Position numbers and translations under genes: made by a program. From contig DASVNK010000030.1 of assembly GCA_036383895.1 (NCBI GenBank), positions 116,490 through 180,489 of the forward strand: DNA of 64,000 nucleotides. Direction: 5' to 3'. Source of the stretch: Verrucomicrobiia bacterium (GTDB lineage Bacteria; Verrucomicrobiota; Verrucomicrobiia; Limisphaerales; SXQI01). The stretch's first letter is position 1. Every line of letters starts with the position of its first letter. The notes beneath the pieces are model-generated. The model was not told the origin of the DNA. It made no database searches and saw nothing but the letters and a program-made list of their open reading frames with translations. This document shows, in pieces, positions 61,034 through 64,000 of the stretch.

Positions 61034-62194
61034 TCAAAGAGCCCGCGCAAGGATCGTGAGCAATTGCTCACGATTCAGTTGCACCGGGTTCGCTTTCATA
61101 CTGCTCGCCCGCTCGGCGCGTTCGGCCAGTATATCGAACGAACTCTCCTTGACCCCGAAGCTTCCCAACCCTCTCACTCGCAAGGTTCGACAAAGATCAT
61201 CAATCCACTCGACTCCGCCCGTTCCCTTCGCTTTCCCGCTATCTGTTACCAGACGGGCGACCTCGTCGTAGCGTGCCACTATTTCGCTGCGTCCCGACTG
61301 AGTAGCCACTGCTAAATTCATGCCCATCACCGGCGCCAACAGCGCCGCACAGATCGCTCCATGGGGTGCATCAATCATCCCGCCAATCGGAGCCGCAAAT
61401 CCATGCACCGCGCCCAAACCCGCGTTCGCCAACGCTAATCCGCCGCAAAGACTCCCAAACGCCATTTCACGGCGTGCGTCCTTGTCACGCCTCTCCGAAA
61501 ACACGCGAGGCAAAGCATGAACAACCCGCGGAATAGCTTCCCGACAAATCGCATCGGTCAGCGGGTTTGCACGGTTACAAACAAACGGTTCAATCAACTG
61601 CGTCAACGCATCCAACCCAGTCTGTGCGGTCAAGTCCGGCGGCAATTCATAAGTAAGTTCCGGATCTATCACCGCCACCGCCGGCAACATCTTTGCACTC
61701 CGCAGACTGACTTTCACCTGGTGTTCCGGTGAACCAAGCACCGCATTGCGCGTCACTTCCGCTCCTGTTCCCGCTGTGGTTGGAACCGCAAGGTAGGGCA
61801 GGGGAGATTCCACGAGTGGCTGTGCTTTCCCAATGACTTCAACGTAATCCAGCACATCCCCTAAATTCGTCGCGAGTGCGGCAATCGCTTTCCCCGCGTC
61901 GATCACACTTCCACCGCCCACGCCAATCACTGCGTTCGCTCCAAATTCCCGCGCACAGCTCGCGCCGTAGCGCGCCACATCAATCGTCGGTTCGCCTTCG
62001 ACTGGGAAGATCGCAGTATCGCAACTTTCCTTTTTCAGCTGATTCAATAACCACGTTGCGCGTTCCTGGTTCTTTCCGGTAACGACAAGAACACGGCTGC
62101 CCAAGCTGCGCGCAATCTTCGCAATCTCGCGCCTTTTCCCCTCTCCGAAAATAATCCTGCGCGCGGTGGCGAACTCAAAGTTCATATCACGCAT
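61034..62194 (-). CDS. iron-containing (group III) alcohol dehydrogenase
   Basis: MNFEFATARRIIFGEGK start region, GGGSVIDAGKAIA, and metal-binding His cluster (GAVHGFAAPIGG...PHGAICAALL). Start at MRDMNF (62194) or MNF (62185). The track start at 62251 would overlap the upstream gene by 35 nt. Confidence 0.85.
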   Translation of the reverse strand: MRDMNFEFATARRIIFGEGKRREIAKIARSLGSRVLVVTGKNQERATWLLNQLKKESCDTAIFPVEGEPTIDVARYGASCAREFGANAVIGVGGGSVIDAGKAIAALATNLGDVLDYVEVIGKAQPLVESPLPYLAVPTTAGTGAEVTRNAVLGSPEHQVKVSLRSAKMLPAVAVIDPELTYELPPDLTAQTGLDALTQLIEPFVCNRANPLTDAICREAIPRVVHALPRVFSERRDKDARREMAFGSLCGGLALANAGLGAVHGFAAPIGGMIDAPHGAICAALLAPVMGMNLAVATQSGRSEIVARYDEVARLVTDSGKAKGTGGVEWIDDLCRTLRVRGLGSFGVKESSFDILAERAERASSMKANPVQLNREQLLTILARAL

Positions 62195-62216
62195 TCCCGA
62201 CAAATCCGACACTGCT

Positions 62217-62522
62217 TCAGTACTCCAAATCTGCCGGGTCAATATTCCCATATTTAATACTGCTGCGCGGTTCAGCCATCATCTCCGCCACAGTGTCTCT
62301 CCACGTTTGGTAGTGCTGCGTCTCTTTGTGTAACGCGGGCGCGTCCGTCGTTCGGTACGCTTCAATCAAAACAAACCGCGTCGGATCATCCGCCTGCTGC
62401 AAGAGGTCGAATCGCGCAATTCCTTTCTCCTTCCGGCTTGCTTGCGCGTTCGCCGTCGTCGCTCGAATGAAATCTTCCACGCAATCACCCTTCACCCGCA
62501 CCTGCACAATCACCACTAACAT
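62217..62522 (-). CDS. ABM-family (antibiotic biosynthesis monooxygenase-like) protein
   Basis: 101 aa. Ferredoxin-like MLVVIVQVRVKGD..FI.AT..NA..S..E.G...FDLLQ...DP..F.L.E.Y....A...H..T.H pattern of putative quinol monooxygenases. Confidence 0.75.
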   Translation of the reverse strand: MLVVIVQVRVKGDCVEDFIRATTANAQASRKEKGIARFDLLQQADDPTRFVLIEAYRTTDAPALHKETQHYQTWRDTVAEMMAEPRSSIKYGNIDPADLEY

Positions 62523-62569
62523 GAGCGCACTCTAGCCATCTTCATTTCAGTCTCAACCCGAACCTTCCG

Positions 62570-64000
62570 ATGTTCGGATTTGTGGAAGTCTTTGCCGCCA
62601 ACAACGATTCGTTGAAAACCGCCGGCGCGTTTGCTAGCTTCGCGCCCTCAGCAACAGGAGCTGAGCCGTATCGCTTTAAGTTACCGAAGTCCGTGATCGC
62701 CCTAACGAAGTTTTTATCGTCTCGCTCATTTCGCCCATTCGTCCTGCTTGCCATCTACAGTGTTGTTCTGCTGATCTCGTTCTACGTAGCCTACCTGCTA
62801 CGCTTCGATTTTCAGTTTCCCGATTTTTTCTTCCGCCAATTCAAAATGCACGTGTTTTGGGTGATCTGCATGAAATTGGCGATTCTCCTGCTATTCGGTC
62901 AGTTCGCAGGTCTTCTCAGTTACTTCAGCATTCCAGATCTGCGCCGCCTGCTCTTCGCGTGCTTCACTGCTTCCGGCATCCTGCTCGCCATCCGCTATAG
63001 CAATCCTGCTTTCTTCCCGCTCCCTCGTGGCGTCATCCTCATTGATTTCATGCTCACCTTCGTGGGCGTCTCCATTTTTCGCGTTTCCTTTCGCGTTCTC
63101 CGCGAGCGCTACTTGTCGAACTCGAAGGTGCAAAGGCGAACCCGCCGCGTCGGAATCTTCGGTGCGGGGCATGTCGGAGCCAGCCTGGCTCGCGAATTGA
63201 TGGCCAAACGCGGCCTCGGTTTGCAACCAGTCGCCTTCTTCGATGACGACAAACAGAAATGGCGTTCACGCGTTCATGATATTCCAGTTGTGGGCGCCCC
63301 GGAGCGGCTACTAGACGGCAAACTCAACCTCCAACTCGAAGAGGTCATCATCGCCATGCCGGACGCCTCCGCAAAACGCATTGGCGAGTTGGTAAAACTC
63401 CTTCAACAAACGCGCCTGAAGTTCGAAACGGTCCCCTCAATGGACCAGCTCGCGACCGGAAAAGTAAAAGTCAGCCAACTTCGCAACGTCGAAATTCAAG
63501 ATCTTCTCGGCCGCGAGCCCGTCGAACTCGAAACCACGGCTATCTCCACTCTCCTTCAAGGTCGCGTGGTCATGGTCACCGGCGCTGGCGGCAGCATCGG
63601 GTCCGAACTCTGCCGCCAAATCGCGACGTTTAATCCCAAACGCCTACTCCTCGTAGAGCAATCCGAAGTCCAAATCTTCGCTATCGAACAGGAACTCATT
63701 GAGCGCGGCTACGGTGGCGTGGTTCTGCCCCTGGTCGCGGACGTTCTCGACACCGCGCGCATGCGCCACATCTTCGGACGTTTTCAACCTGCGGTCGTTT
63801 TTCATGCCGCGGCCCATAAACACGTCCCCATGATGGAGAGTCAGCCCAGCGAAGCCATCAAGAACAACAGCTTTGCAACTGCTCGCCTGGCCGAGCTTGC
63901 GCTGGAATTCGGTGTCGAACGCTTCGTCCTCATCTCCACCGACAAAGCCATCAACCCCACCAACGTGATGGGCGCCACCAAGCGCATGGCCGAGATCTAT
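62570..64000 (+). CDS. CapD/PglF/WbpM-like membrane-anchored nucleotide-sugar 4,6-dehydratase (3' end outside window)
   Basis: The frame is open from the ATG at 62570 to the window end and is not in the ORF track because there is no stop. N-terminal TM helices (FVLLAIYSVVLLISFYVAYLLRFDF..). First Rossmann RRVGIFGAGHVGASLAREL. Second VMVTGAGGSIGSELCRQI..VFHAAAHKHVPMME..ISTDKAINPTNVMGATKR. The GTG at 62693 is an alternative start. Confidence 0.85.
   Translation, partial: MFGFVEVFAANNDSLKTAGAFASFAPSATGAEPYRFKLPKSVIALTKFLSSRSFRPFVLLAIYSVVLLISFYVAYLLRFDFQFPDFFFRQFKMHVFWVICMKLAILLLFGQFAGLLSYFSIPDLRRLLFACFTASGILLAIRYSNPAFFPLPRGVILIDFMLTFVGVSIFRVSFRVLRERYLSNSKVQRRTRRVGIFGAGHVGASLARELMAKRGLGLQPVAFFDDDKQKWRSRVHDIPVVGAPERLLDGKLNLQLEEVIIAMPDASAKRIGELVKLLQQTRLKFETVPSMDQLATGKVKVSQLRNVEIQDLLGREPVELETTAISTLLQGRVVMVTGAGGSIGSELCRQIATFNPKRLLLVEQSEVQIFAIEQELIERGYGGVVLPLVADVLDTARMRHIFGRFQPAVVFHAAAHKHVPMMESQPSEAIKNNSFATARLAELALEFGVERFVLISTDKAINPTNVMGATKRMAEIY

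Overview
This is a 64-kb chromosomal segment from a high-GC bacterium. Sampled 60-nt lines are about 60-65% G+C, but the first ~6.3 kb is visibly AT-richer.

The gene content points to a Verrucomicrobiota/PVC-type organism (inference only). It includes VPDGG-type PEP-CTERM sorting signals with an exosortase and PrsT/PrsK, a giant DUF4082/Ig-repeat protein, a CRTAC1 (ASPIC/UnbV) protein, a full-length vitamin-K-carboxylase homolog and a carbamoyltransferase/SxtJ cassette.

Layout, in order:
- 1-6.2 kb: lower-GC exopolysaccharide genes (methyltransferase, GT2, Wzx-like flippase, CgeB-like protein).
- 6.4-14.3 kb: a single 2600-aa secreted modular protein.
- 14.3-15.1 kb: a gene-free gap with two phased AAACAC arrays.
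- 15.1-19.5 kb: amino-sugar genes (LbH acetyltransferase, SDR epimerase/dehydratase, DegT aminotransferase) and lhgO.
- 19.6-29.8 kb: exosortase locus (FN3 protein, beta-barrel, two VPDGG-CTERM paralogs, exosortase, PrsT, PrsK).
- 29.8-31.2 kb: DUF5069 and DUF3472 genes.
- 31.6-34.8 kb: small accessory islet (DUF488 / unknown / DUF488 operon, FitAB/VapBC-type toxin-antitoxin pair, orphan 240-aa protein).
- 34.9-37.2 kb: hisB, ECF sigma/anti-sigma pair and a small secreted protein.
- 37.2-41.2 kb: minus-strand run of DUF5989 / carbamoyltransferase / SxtJ-like / TolC-like genes.
- 41.4-51.3 kb: VKGC/HTTM homolog and two very large secreted proteins.
- 51.3-64 kb: SWIM-SNF2 helicase, Calx-beta protein, GT4, glnB-amtB-glnA, DUF1648, Fe-ADH, ABM monooxygenase and the 5' part of a CapD/PglF-like dehydratase.

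I found no rRNA, tRNA, CRISPR array, transposase or integrase.

The signals I consider most worth a second look:
- A dispersed family of helically phased AAACAC(A/G) arrays at four non-coding sites, always sense-oriented to the downstream gene.
- The DUF488-X-DUF488 operon and its neighbours.
- The PHP + 5x DUF4082 + 6x Ig giant protein.
- The conserved but uncharacterised SxtK/I/J-like carbamoyltransferase cassette, divergent from a full-length gamma-glutamyl-carboxylase homolog.

All family names come from motif recognition by eye and need HMM or BLAST confirmation.
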